A stretch of DNA of 64,000 nt from Dudresnaya verticillata (lineage: Eukaryota): the NCBI GenBank assembly GCA_977862235.1, contig OZ374562.1, forward strand, positions 186,001 to 250,000, given 5' to 3'. The translations under genes and the position numbers were made by a program. Below the pieces are notes generated by a model that was not told the DNA's origin, did no database searches, and worked only from the letters and a program-made list of their open reading frames with translations. Positions 10,489-21,398 of the stretch are shown here, in pieces (position 1 is the first letter of the stretch; each line of letters begins with the position of its first letter).

Positions 10489-10497
10489 TTTTTTTTT
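10489..10497 (+). terminator. RNA polymerase III oligo-T terminator of the tRNA gene
   Basis: T9 run 18 nt downstream of the tRNA. Confidence 0.8.
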
Positions 10498-12094
10498 CCC
10501 CTGCCACAGCAGGGAGAATATAGGAAGCTGAACTACTCCACAGCTCTTCTGGAGCAAAGCCTCCTGTGCCTTACTCGGCATTGGATTGCAAATCTTTGTT
10601 CAAGCAATAATGTTGAAACCTTTTGTTCTATTTTATAGCATCATGCAGGTTACGCTTTCCAATGCAGTAGGTGTACTGGTACAATAGAACGCGTAACATT
10701 TTAGATTGCGAATAGACATGCTAGGCGTCTTTACCCACATGGCGAAACAAATCGCCCCGCAAGCACCGGTCCGTGAGATGCTACGCTGACCCCATAGGCA
10801 CTTCAATGCAAGCCTCTAAATTGGTAATCTCTCTCAACTCATCTCTCACCGCAGGATACACAAACAGGTGGCTCTCCTCTTCGCTTCAGACCTGCTGCGG
10901 CTTCCAAGAATTCATGGCTTCACTTTCTGGAGAAAGTTCTCTTCCTTTAATCTTTATTCCGTGTTGCGCCTTGTCTCTCAAACGGTTTTGCTCAAGTAAG
11001 TTTGTAACTTCTACGGATCTCATAGGACATCGTAAACCGCGAACCTATTCGAATGTCTGGTTTTGAACCACGCCTTGGAAACCAGTGATCACGACCACAG
11101 CAGATTGTAGTATTGAATCAGAGTCAAGCAGCCTTCCGCCAGAGGGTTCCAGGTATAGAGCACCCCAAGCCCCGAGAACCCGCACTTCTCGGCGCACTCC
11201 CGGCGCAGCAGGCGATGTTGCCGAATATTCACACATCGTTTTCTTCAATCCACGGTGTATGAGAAACTGCAACCCGCTGTCCACGAGGCTGCTCCTGTGT
11301 ATAACAGAATATACGCATTCTCGCGACGGGCATCGCTGTCTAATGTGTAACTGCATTCATAGCCGAGGGAAAGATTCAGCTTGCCCTACCCCGAGTCATG
11401 CTACCCTCAGGGTAGGGGGGAAGCCCTTCCTCACGCTAGATTATGCAAGCCGACGCTGAATAATTCTAATAAAGAGCATCCGCTCACCATCCGTCAACAC
11501 CACTATTGTACAGTATCCAACTACAGTACCACTTCGCGCCCCCGCAACCGTCTTGCGTCTTCTATGAGCTCAGTCATGCCTCCTCAATGCGGCTCATCGC
11601 TTTCCTTCTGTCGTCCAAGTTTTATGTCCCCACTCGCCACTTTTCGGGAACCTTCTCCTATCGATCGTGGTGTCTAGACAATCACATTATGAGCCAGATT
11701 CGTTCGGACCACTAGTCATTGGACTGCATACACAGCACTCTGGCTGCATATGCCCAAAAAATGGGTTTGCTGTCCTTATCACAGGACCCTTCATGGGAGG
11801 CCCCTGTGCAGAGCTAAAATTTCCGGACACTATGAGAACAGCAACCCTCGTGACGCCTTTAGCAACTGCTTTCCTTTTTGAAACCTCCCAGCCGGAATGC
11901 CGAGCCCTGCGTCGAGGTGAAAGAACCGCAATGCTTCAGCAGAGCGGTAGCGTTCCTTTTCGTTCTCTACAAGGTCATATACTAACCATCTGAAGTGCCC
12001 CACCTATATCCGCTTTACTTTTTTATTGTGCCCCTTCCTCCTCACATCCTCCACTCGGTGTTTGCACAACTCCAAAGTGGGCTCCCTCCTCTCA

Positions 12095-13357
12095 ATGTTC
12101 AACTCACGCCTTCTCACAATTTTCGTCTTTGTATGGCTGGGAACCGCCTGCTCAGTCGTACACGCCTGGGGTTCGAAAAGTATTCCCAACTCTCGACGCC
12201 CCGTAGTTGGTTGGGAGCGAAAATTCCCGTCTAGCCCCACAGTCGTTGTACGAGCTGGAGAGTCCGTGATTCAGGCCATTCGTCAGTGCAGCTCAATTGT
12301 TGGGAACAAAGGATACTGCACAGTCCAAATTGTGGGAAACCCATCAGACAAAACCATCACCATTGACCGTTCACGAACAAAGTTGACCTCGACAGGGGCT
12401 GAAATCACGTCCTCAGGCGCTGTCACGTTTATTGCGTTGAACCGTTCATGGCTTCGCAACGTTGTTGTGGAAAATCTCAACATCAAGGGACACAGAGCCT
12501 CCGAAGTCTTCGGAATCTATGTCCGCGGAGCTAACATCAGGGGCGTCATCATTCGCAATAATAACATTTATGGGTTCAATGGGGACGACAACGCTCATGG
12601 CATCGCAGTTTACGGAACAGGAGCGAAGCCTGTTTCTCATGTGCTTATTGACAGCAATGAAGTATACAACATGAGGACGGGATACAGTGAGAGCATTGTC
12701 GTGAATGGAAACGTAAACAAATGGGCCATAGCGAACAACTTTGTTCATGATGTCAACAATATTGCTATTGATGCTATTGGAGGGGAAGGCACATACCCTC
12801 CCAGTGCAAGTGCTAGGTTTCCGAGAAACACTGATGGAGCTCGGAATGGGTTTATAGAATACAATACAGTGGAGCGAATGAGTACAAGGACAAACCCAGC
12901 GTACGGGAACTTGGACTCTTGGGCTGCTGGCATTTATGTCGATGGCGCGAGACAAATTCTGATTCAGGGCAACACCATTGATGATTCCCCGTGGGGTATC
13001 GAGGTTGGTGCTGAGAATTGTGTCATCACGCGAGATGTTATTGTGAGGAATAATGAAGTCACAAAGAGCTTCTACGGCGACTTCCTCACTGGTGGCTATA
13101 ACCCCACGGGCTATTTGGTCGATAGCTCCATTCAGTGCAACCCGTTAAAGACTGCAGATACCGAGGAAGGTCACGGTTACGTGCAAAGAATAACCGTCCG
13201 GAACAATGACTTCAAGACTACAACCGGACGAGAACAGAACGTACTTGCTCAATACAGGACAACTTATGCGATTATTGCGGAACCCGGAATTTCCCCAGTC
13301 AACCAAAACGGCGACGGGAGTGCGACTGGCGATGAGAATGCCATCCGTACGTCATAG
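12095..13357 (+). CDS. Secreted right-handed parallel beta-helix (pectin-lyase fold) protein
   Basis: Signal peptide MFNSRLLTIFVFVWLGTACSVVHA. Repeated Asn/Ile-rich coils (VIIRNNNIY, VLIDSNEVY, AIANNFVHD, ILIQGNTID, VIVRNNEV). Confidence 0.88.
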   Translation: MFNSRLLTIFVFVWLGTACSVVHAWGSKSIPNSRRPVVGWERKFPSSPTVVVRAGESVIQAIRQCSSIVGNKGYCTVQIVGNPSDKTITIDRSRTKLTSTGAEITSSGAVTFIALNRSWLRNVVVENLNIKGHRASEVFGIYVRGANIRGVIIRNNNIYGFNGDDNAHGIAVYGTGAKPVSHVLIDSNEVYNMRTGYSESIVVNGNVNKWAIANNFVHDVNNIAIDAIGGEGTYPPSASARFPRNTDGARNGFIEYNTVERMSTRTNPAYGNLDSWAAGIYVDGARQILIQGNTIDDSPWGIEVGAENCVITRDVIVRNNEVTKSFYGDFLTGGYNPTGYLVDSSIQCNPLKTADTEEGHGYVQRITVRNNDFKTTTGREQNVLAQYRTTYAIIAEPGISPVNQNGDGSATGDENAIRTS

Positions 13358-13835
13358 AAAGGATTGAGGGGACGTCCTTTTGGCCTACTTTCAACATATT
13401 CCCAACATCTCGAATAAAATGTGTGTGTGTGCAAATATAGATTATCAATAGCCGTAGTGCTTTGTTGAAGCTCTCGCGCTGAGGGACACCAAACATAACA
13501 GTGCCCTGCTGTTCCGGTTTCTATTGCCTGGTTTCTACGTCATGATACGGGAATGGTAGGGCGACTGTTGCATTAGGAGTATTATTCTGTACATTCTCCT
13601 TGCAAATAATCATTGTTCACATCGCCGCATTTTCATGTGAAGCCATTTCTCATGCACAGTTCAACTATTATTGCCTTGCAAATGAGTAAAGGATAGAACA
13701 TGAATTCTCGTCTCGCCTTTTTTGCATCACGTGTTGGCATTGGCGAAACGAGATAATTGTGTTGCTTGCAGCCTTTTCTTCATCTTGCTGCTGCTACCAA
13801 CCGGTAAGCAATCCTCCTCAAACATATTTTCACCT

Positions 13836-15053
13836 TCATGAAGCTCTTCCGAAGAAGGCGAGCCGCAAAATATCAACCACAGAAACCCACTCAACTGCAG
13901 GGTAGCCAAAACCAACGAGGGTAGCAAAGAGAGCACGTATCGGCACGAGCAGGGCATGTGCAGTAGGTGCCTGAACAGATGTCGTGTAGCAGCTGGCGAC
14001 AATACCATCGACAACGATGTCACCGTGCGAAGTGACGGGGCTATATAAACCGCGCTCAAACACATCATGCACAGCTTGCAGGGTGGCGGTGCGTCCATTT
14101 GCCGCAAGTACAGTGTCCCCTATTCCCAATTGGCCTGCTGGGACAAGCTTGTACCTCGCGTTGCGCAGCAGATGTCCAGATGTGACGGTCAGAATCGTTT
14201 CATTCCTCCCCCGAGTGCCATGTGTCAGTAGCACCAGCCTCTTAAACTGGGACCACACTCGCGGACTGCGATGCGAGAATGAAACGATCGGAGCGACCGC
14301 CCCGTCGGACGACACACGGACGACATCGCCGATGCGCAGATGTTGCATGGGCACAGACTGATCACCGGGCATGCGGTGCACGCGGGCAGTGGGTGGAAAG
14401 CATACAGCGCCCTCTGGTGACGGAGATGGTCTTGCGGGAGCGGGCGTGGGCGTGGGGACAGCAAGGTATATACACACGATGGGTGCAAAGACGGTAGGGC
14501 TGGAGAACTCGCGGGTGAACATGTAAATATCACCGCGGATCGGGTTTGCAATGGAGGCGGGGAGCGCACCTGCACTAGGGATGAGCCCATCCGCGGTGAA
14601 CCGAGCGCGGAAGCGCGGGAAGTTGTCCGTGAAGAAGAATTGCGCGGGGTAGGGCGGGCGGAAGGCGCCGCAACGGCGGGGCGAGTTGTCGATGCCTGTC
14701 AGGAACCATGGGTTGGCTGATTCGGCTGAAGTTGTGGGCGGGGAGGGCGACCATGGGTGGAAGACGGTTGTTGCTTCTGGGCGTTGGGTGTTAAGGCAGG
14801 ATATGCTGTTAATGGAGAGGTCGGACCAGCGGATGCCGTCGAGCGGCTGCGAGGCGTTGTCCAGGTTCAGGCCGAGGTAGGTTTGGATTAGACGGTGGGA
14901 TATGCGGGAGGGGCAGGAGGGAGAGGCGTTGGCGGACGTAGGGGCTGTTAGGACGAGGTTGAAGGTTGTCTGCACCCGACGGGCGGCAGAGGACACGGCG
15001 TTTGTAACATGGAGGAGGGAGAGAAGGAGGAGCAGAAGGAAAGTGGGCGGCAT
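13836..15053 (-). CDS. Secreted Hedgehog-type Hint (Hog) domain autoprocessing protein
   Basis: Signal peptide MPPTFLLLLLLSLLHVTNA, Pro-rich linker, then CFPPTARV, LRIGDVV, LTVTSGHLL, GLYSPVTSHGDIVVDGIVASCY and an SRR-like tail AHALLVPIRAL. Confidence 0.9.
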   Translation of the reverse strand: MPPTFLLLLLLSLLHVTNAVSSAARRVQTTFNLVLTAPTSANASPSCPSRISHRLIQTYLGLNLDNASQPLDGIRWSDLSINSISCLNTQRPEATTVFHPWSPSPPTTSAESANPWFLTGIDNSPRRCGAFRPPYPAQFFFTDNFPRFRARFTADGLIPSAGALPASIANPIRGDIYMFTREFSSPTVFAPIVCIYLAVPTPTPAPARPSPSPEGAVCFPPTARVHRMPGDQSVPMQHLRIGDVVRVSSDGAVAPIVSFSHRSPRVWSQFKRLVLLTHGTRGRNETILTVTSGHLLRNARYKLVPAGQLGIGDTVLAANGRTATLQAVHDVFERGLYSPVTSHGDIVVDGIVASCYTTSVQAPTAHALLVPIRALFATLVGFGYPAVEWVSVVDILRLAFFGRAS

Positions 15054-15599
15054 TGTTGGGGGTGGGTGGGGGTCGGTTGAGGGTAAGCATGGCGACGGTG
15101 TGCTTTGTGAGGGCGGGATCCATCCAGACGAAGACGCTTCGAGGTGTGAGAGGTGAGATGGAGGTAAGAGCAAGGCGGTGCGGTGACAAGTCAGCAGGCG
15201 GAGGATGCGAGATGCGGACAAGCGTCGCGCCGATTGATCCGGTGCGCCGGGAGAAGGGATCGCCCAATGAGGAAGCAAAAAACCGAGTACGAGGTTTTGA
15301 GCGGTTACGACGCAAATTCAAAGCAGACCGCGCCGCAGTCAAAAGTTTGAACGTCCCGCGCCTCCGAGTGTGTCCCGCCACTTGCGCCGAAGCGCCAGTG
15401 AAGAGCCACCCGCGACCGTTACAACTCTCTTCCTCCCTAAACATTAGGTCGCCACTCTCCCCGGCGTCCCGTCACTCACAGGCGCTCCTCTTTGCTCGCG
15501 CCGCATCCGCGCGACCCTCTCTTCGCCATCGCCCCGCAGCCAGCCGTCAACTCGTCCGGAACCTGACCACATCACCAACCTAACCGCAGCCCCCGCACG

Positions 15600-17174
15600 A
15601 TGCTCGGCCGCAAGGCGCCGCGCCGCACGCGCCACCGGCGCGACCGCGGCCTGCCACAGAATCCCCCTCCGCGCGCCGCGCCGCGCTCAGCGGCCGCGCT
15701 GGCGCCCCCGCACGACCCGAACCGCCCCCCAGTCACCTTTGTCTGGCCAGACGCGTCCCGCGCCCAACGCCACGTCGTGCTGGTCGCCTCCTTCGACGGC
15801 TGGCTGCACCACCGTATGACCCCTCCGACTCCACTGCCTCCCTCACGTCCGGTGCCGGACGCTGTCTGTATCGCCGCCGCCTTCTTCACCCTCACACTCA
15901 ACGTCCCGCCCGGCCGCCACACTTACAAGTTCCTGGTCGACGGTGTCTGGCGCACAGACTCCTCTTCTGCCCACCCGATCCATCTCACCCCCGACGGCGT
16001 GAAGCACCATACCCTATTCGTTGCACCCCCATCCATCACCACGCAAGCTGCACCGCCGGACCGTCTGGGTCCGCAGGTCACCAAGGCTCGCCTCGCGGAG
16101 ATGGACGCCCGCACGTGCACAGCTGTGTTCCGCTCTGCGTCTTCGTCTGCTGTTCCATCGATGCGCCCGCCTGGCGCTGCGTCATCATCGACCTCGCTAC
16201 ATGAGGCTCCACGTTCAAGACGAAAGGTGGATATCGCTCCGCGCGGGTCTTCGTTCAACGCACCGCCGCAGCTGGGTACTTACTCGCAGACACAGACCGC
16301 TAACCGTAAGTCTCTGCTGCAACGAGTTGGCTATGGATGGATGAAGCGCTTCTCCAGTCGCCAAGAGGACTGCGACCGTGTCGCTGCCGCTCCGGATGAC
16401 CTCGTCGGTACTGGCCACGCGGACAGGTCCGCAGCCTCTTTATTCCGCTCTGGGAAGGACCGTGTCTCTCTGTTCCCATCTTCCTCGGACCCGAATGTAG
16501 GCAACGGACGGGATGCAGAGAAGGAGAATTCCATGAAGAACTGGTCCACCCCTGGCACACCTGACCATGGTGCATCTCGACGGGGTGGTGGCGCGCTGAG
16601 GGGATCAGCGCGTAATTCCGCAGTTACTGTCTCCCGTCCAATGAAGGTAGATGAGCCGCGAGATGTGGACGAAGTCAACCGCCAGGCAGATAACTGGCGA
16701 CAGATGGCTAAGCATCTGCAGGATAATTTGTCAGATCCGACCGGTGCAAGAGAATTGTTTTCAAGAGCCATCCAACATCGTGAGAAGCATGGTTTGTGGT
16801 GCTCGTCTCAAAATGCACAAGTACATGTCGATCTCGCCCGCAACATGAGCAAGGCAGAGCACATGAAGGACGCTGAATTTCACCTCCGCATTGCACTACG
16901 CATTTATGCACATATTGAAGCAGGCCAAGAGCACATTGCCGATTTGCTGTTGTATGTTGGCGTCGTTGTTGACCGGCAAAAGAGACGGGAGGAAGCAGAA
17001 GACCTTTACAGGCAAGCTCTCGCCATATACAAGGAGCACAACATCACTGGGAACAATCTGGAGATTGCAGTCAAGAATCTCAGTCTCAACCTTCGCAAGC
17101 AAAACAGAGATTATGAAATTGAGGGTATTCGTCGTGAGTTCGGGCTTATCCAGAGCACAAGCGTCATTGTTTAA
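15600..17174 (+). CDS. CBM48 (AMPK-beta-type glycogen/starch-binding) plus TPR domain protein
   Basis: VTFVWP...VVLVASFDGW...VPPGRHTYKFLVDGVWRTD is a CBM48 signature. C-terminal TPR-like helices (ARELFSRAI, AEFHLRIALRIY, AEDLYRQALAIY). Confidence 0.85.
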   Translation: MLGRKAPRRTRHRRDRGLPQNPPPRAAPRSAAALAPPHDPNRPPVTFVWPDASRAQRHVVLVASFDGWLHHRMTPPTPLPPSRPVPDAVCIAAAFFTLTLNVPPGRHTYKFLVDGVWRTDSSSAHPIHLTPDGVKHHTLFVAPPSITTQAAPPDRLGPQVTKARLAEMDARTCTAVFRSASSSAVPSMRPPGAASSSTSLHEAPRSRRKVDIAPRGSSFNAPPQLGTYSQTQTANRKSLLQRVGYGWMKRFSSRQEDCDRVAAAPDDLVGTGHADRSAASLFRSGKDRVSLFPSSSDPNVGNGRDAEKENSMKNWSTPGTPDHGASRRGGGALRGSARNSAVTVSRPMKVDEPRDVDEVNRQADNWRQMAKHLQDNLSDPTGARELFSRAIQHREKHGLWCSSQNAQVHVDLARNMSKAEHMKDAEFHLRIALRIYAHIEAGQEHIADLLLYVGVVVDRQKRREEAEDLYRQALAIYKEHNITGNNLEIAVKNLSLNLRKQNRDYEIEGIRREFGLIQSTSVIV

Positions 17175-17694
17175 GACGGTTATCAATATCGGTTCTGGCA
17201 TTCTTGGCGTCATGCATATGGCCCCAGATGTAAACGAGCCATGAAGAAGATAGTTTGGAGTTTGGGGAAGAATACCGCTGCGCTCAAACTGGCGAGCCCA
17301 CAGGAGCTCTCAGTACGATTCCCTGCAATCGGTGTGAATATTCATCCGCGGAAGGGAAGGCCGCAGAACACCGGCACAGTGACTGCGGTCCCAATAGAAA
17401 TGTAATGTGTCGCAGGTGGTTATGATTGTCTTTGTTGCTCTGGACGACGCACTGCGTAGAGTACAGGCAGAAGAATAAACGTAAAGTGACTTTATCAAGC
17501 AAAATGTTCCTTCTTTCCGACGACTTCCAATACGCGCTCCTTGCCTCGTGCGGAAAACATTGACGCGCCCATTCAAAACTACACACCGAAAGGTTTATGG
17601 TCAGCGCGCAACCATGTCTGGAACGCGGAATCGGCTACGAGTATGCCAAGTGTGGACCAACGAAGCGCAATGGCAAGCTTGCGATCAGTCTCAG

Positions 17695-17985
17695 TCACTG
17701 GGACGGCTTCTTCTGCTGCGCTTCGTAATTCTTGTAGAAGTCGTCGACGGCATTCTTGTAGGACATGTGCCAAGAACGCCACACCGCGCCACCCTTCGAT
17801 TCGCAATCGGAAGTAAACAGTCAGTGAGAACAACGTCGAGAGGAGCAAACTTGTGGACGTGCTGCTTCCTTTGCCAAACGCCCGTGTTCATTGAAACTTA
17901 CCACAAGGCCGAGGCCCAGACCGATAACAATCTCGGCGGTGGCGCTAACCTGCTTCGAGGCGACTCGAACGACACCGCCAGACAT
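17695..17985 (-). CDS. COX5C: Cytochrome c oxidase subunit 5C-like micro-protein (60 aa), 2 exons: 17985-17902 and 17793-17695
   Basis: Manual splice: GTAAGT donor at 17901, CTGAC branch site, AG at 17795-17794, phase 0. Product MSGGVVRVASKQVSATAEIVIGLGLGLV|GGAVWRSWHMSYKNAVDDFYKNYEAQQKKPSQ matches the plant COX5C pattern (E..IGL.LGL..G..W..H......FY). Confidence 0.8.
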
Positions 17986-19528
17986 TGTGGAAGTCTTTCA
18001 GTGCGTGCAAGGAGGCGTGGATGGAGGGGACTCTTGAGCGAGGGGGAGGGGCGGGGGAGTCTTCGTCTCGGTGGCGATCGAACGGATGGGAGCAGCGGCT
18101 ACCGAAATGCGGGCAGAAAGGGAGGGCCACAGTCGCTCGCATACTCGCAGATTGAAGAACAGGTCGAAAGTTTGAAACTTTGAGATATCAATTAAACATT
18201 TCCTGAAGTTTTGCAAAAATATGCGGAAATACGTCAACATTGTGGACGTGCCGCCCGCGCCTGCAGTCGACCTTTTCGCGCCACGACACGACACTCATGT
18301 GAAGTTGAAAGCTGAGCGATTTTGTTGCCCGGATGAACATGACGGCTTATTCCTGCCAGTTCAGACTGGAAGCAGCAGAAGATAGACAAGCTTGCTACCA
18401 ACTAGTTGTACTCACCTAGCTCGAAGGAATTCTACCAAGCCCGCAGACAGCTATGGGCAAGTCCGTGGCAGGGCAGCAAGGCAAGGCGGACCCCTCTAAG
18501 GTACCAGGGTCTGCACTAGACGAAGATGCCAAGATAATGTTATCGTCTATGAGCATGATTGCGCTCTCGATCGGGTACCGTGTGATGTTCGTTGGGCTAC
18601 AACGCGGAGCGACCCCCAGTACTGGGCGTACAGACAGGGTGCCCCTCGGGACTGGAACAAGAGCTGAGAAGAAATTGAGCGCACTAATACGAACTACCAG
18701 CCAGAACTTGGCATGTGTCGGGTTTATGCTGGCGAAGGTTGACATTAAGAAGGACGTAGTTCACAAGGGCGTGCGGTCGCCATGGAAGATGCGCATCGAT
18801 ATTGATAGCTGAGGAGCTCGAACGGATGTAATCTGGGTGTCTGAGATGGTAGTGAAGGCGGGTGAGCACAGGCGCAGAGAGACAAATGCTTGCTCGGCTT
18901 TTGTCATTTTGATGCAAGCTGGAAGTCGACAAGCCTTGTCACGGTGTTGTGGAGCGCTAGGACTTGTTCATGTAATATCGCCATCCGGGGTTAAGCCTCA
19001 AGGGTGCCAAGGGTACCGGTACTAAGGGGTTCTGACTGGGCATGTTTGCCAGCTAGGCAAGCTGCTATGCAACTAACTGCTGATTCACCTTGCGGTGGAT
19101 CCATTTGACCGTATCGCGCAGGATTAGCGGCCAGGATCGAGCCAAAGGATGCTGCGCTCAAGGCGCAGATGCATTGTAATAAAGAAGGAGCGCTCTTCTC
19201 GGCCTGGGCACGCACTATCGTAGAGCTGCCTGCGGATACTGCAGCTGATATGACTGGTAGGGTTCTAGCTAGACTTGATGGAGAGCGGCGGGGTGGGAGG
19301 AGGACTCACGAGAGCATGTGCCAACGAAGGAAAACGCGAATGGGAGGACGCCAAGTGTCCCGCCGAGCGCGTGGCGGACCTGCGCCAGGTCTCCAGGCGA
19401 ACACGTCCGCTTGTGGCCAACAGCCCCCGCCGCGCCCTTCCCGAGGGGATCAACGGATCATTTGCAACCAACCTCAGCCACCCGTCACTCGAGCATCCTG
19501 AGCGACACAATCCAAGTCCTCCACCTCC

Positions 19529-20656
19529 ATGTATCCCTTCGCAACAAGTATAACCCCTCCCCGCATAGCTTTAGCCTTCGCCTTGCTCACGTCCCCCGTG
19601 CTCCCGCCCCGCCCGCCCGTCCTTGCCCTCCGCCCGCTCCCCCGCCGAACCTACATCGCAATGGTCGCCCCCGGTACCTCTCCCTGGCGCGTTGTCGTCA
19701 CGCGCCGCGTCGCACAGAAGGCCATGGACATGCTTCGCGCCGCCTCCCCGGCTCTTGACCTGGACGTGTGGGATTCGGACGACCCCATGCCACACGATGA
19801 GCTCATTGCCCGCCTGACCCCGGGTGCCGACGCCCTATACTGTGTCCTCACCGACAAGATCACCAGCGACGTCCTCGACGCCGCCGGCCCCCGCCTCAAG
19901 ATCGTCTCCACCATGAGTGTTGGCTATAACCACATTGACGTCGCAGAGTGCAAGCGCCGCGCAATCGTCGTCGGCAACACTCCCGACGTCCTCACCGAGA
20001 CAACCGCAGACACTGCCGTTGGCCTCGTCCTCGCCGCCTCGCGCAGGTTCAAGGAGGCCACCGCCTCTGTTGTCGACGGTACCTGGGGCACCTGGTCCCC
20101 GTTCGGCATGTGCGGCCCGGATGTCCATTCCTCTGTCGTGGGCATCATAGGCCTCGGAAGGATTGGTGCTGCCGTCGCTCGCCGCCTGCGTGCCTTTAAT
20201 TGCACCATTCTATACTCGGGTCGTTCGCCGAAACCAGAGCTGGCTGACCCGCTGCAGGCCACCTTTGTTCCGCTGGAGGAGCTATTGGCGAAGGCCGACA
20301 TTGTCGTCCCACTGTGCCCGCTGAACGATCAGACACGTGGAATGTTTGACGAGTCCAAGTTCATGCTCATGAAGAAGACCGCTGTATTTGTCAACGCCGC
20401 TCGCGGAGAGCTGGTCAATCAGGACCATCTGCTCACCGCCCTGACGGAGGGGCAAATTTTTGCAGCCGGCTTGGACGTCACAACTCCAGAGCCGCTTCCG
20501 GTTGATAACCCACTCATCAAATGCCCCAACTGCTTCATTTTGCCGCATATTGGTAGTGCCTCAGACGGTACCCGTACAGCAATGGCCACGCTTGCGTCTA
20601 GCAACCTGTTGGCGGCTTATAATGGCACTCCGCTCCCGAGTGAAGTAAAAATCTAA
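19529..20656 (+). CDS. Glyoxylate/hydroxypyruvate reductase (GRHPR-like)
   Basis: STMSVGYNHID, NTPDVLTETTAD, GIIGLGRIG, VNAARG, AAGLDVTTPEP, LPHIGSA. Second in-frame ATG at 19661. Confidence 0.92.
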   Translation: MYPFATSITPPRIALAFALLTSPVLPPRPPVLALRPLPRRTYIAMVAPGTSPWRVVVTRRVAQKAMDMLRAASPALDLDVWDSDDPMPHDELIARLTPGADALYCVLTDKITSDVLDAAGPRLKIVSTMSVGYNHIDVAECKRRAIVVGNTPDVLTETTADTAVGLVLAASRRFKEATASVVDGTWGTWSPFGMCGPDVHSSVVGIIGLGRIGAAVARRLRAFNCTILYSGRSPKPELADPLQATFVPLEELLAKADIVVPLCPLNDQTRGMFDESKFMLMKKTAVFVNAARGELVNQDHLLTALTEGQIFAAGLDVTTPEPLPVDNPLIKCPNCFILPHIGSASDGTRTAMATLASSNLLAAYNGTPLPSEVKI

Positions 20657-21044
20657 CCGGCAGCGGTTTCGCCAGGCACGTTCTTTCTCTCAGACCAAAG
20701 CAAGCCAAGCCGTTAATGCAGCTAGAAGACATCCTGCTTAAACCACGTGTTGTTGCGGCATTGACAGCTGTCTGAGAGAGCCCTTTTCTTTTTGCTATTG
20801 TATCATTGTAACTAGTCTCTGAGTGCACACAACTTGTACACTCTTGTCGGGTTTGTGCACGTGTCCCGGCGGGTGGAATCGTTTTGTCGAGGGCAATACA
20901 TTTGCATATTCCATTGGGGCTTTTGACGCTCCATTGCCCCTGGTGGGAGGCATGAGTACCTGTTTCTGTCCAGCCAACATGACAGTGCCGGTATGGATAT
21001 GTTCGGCATATACTCCTCCAGTTCCCTGCTATATTGCGAACTGA

Positions 21045-21114
21045 TTTCTGCTATTCAATTTACTCCAGTCTGCTTCTTGTTTCTGCTATTCAATTTACTC
21101 CAGTCTGCTTCTTG
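21045..21114. repeat. Exact 35-bp tandem duplication
   Basis: TTTCTGCTATTCAATTTACTCCAGTCTGCTTCTTG x2. Confidence 0.95.
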
Positions 21115-21398
21115 AGGTCATTTACAATAGCAGTTATGTTGCAATATATAGTTGCGTCCGCACGTTATGCGTGAATCAATTATAACTCTACAGAGGACGC
21201 CCTCGTGGTGTCGGAGCTCGCGTTTTGTGTGCTCCTTCCATGAGCAAACCTGGGTGTCGTGCTGCGCAGCTACAGTCTGAACTCTACTCTATATTAACAA
21301 CACTGCATATGGAGGTCTATCAACAAGTTGAGCACTGCGGGATCAGCGAAAGCCACTCCTCTCTCGGCACTACACAAGACTGGTCTATTTCGTCGCTG

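Noticed and set aside
17548..18183. 211-aa + strand ORF and overlapping minus ORFs (e.g. 17579..17848)
   Set aside because: Region is better explained by the spliced COX5C-like gene on the minus strand.
18300..19500. Several 60-120 aa ORFs between the COX5C-like and GRHPR genes
   Set aside because: No motifs or consistent coding signal, so treated as intergenic.
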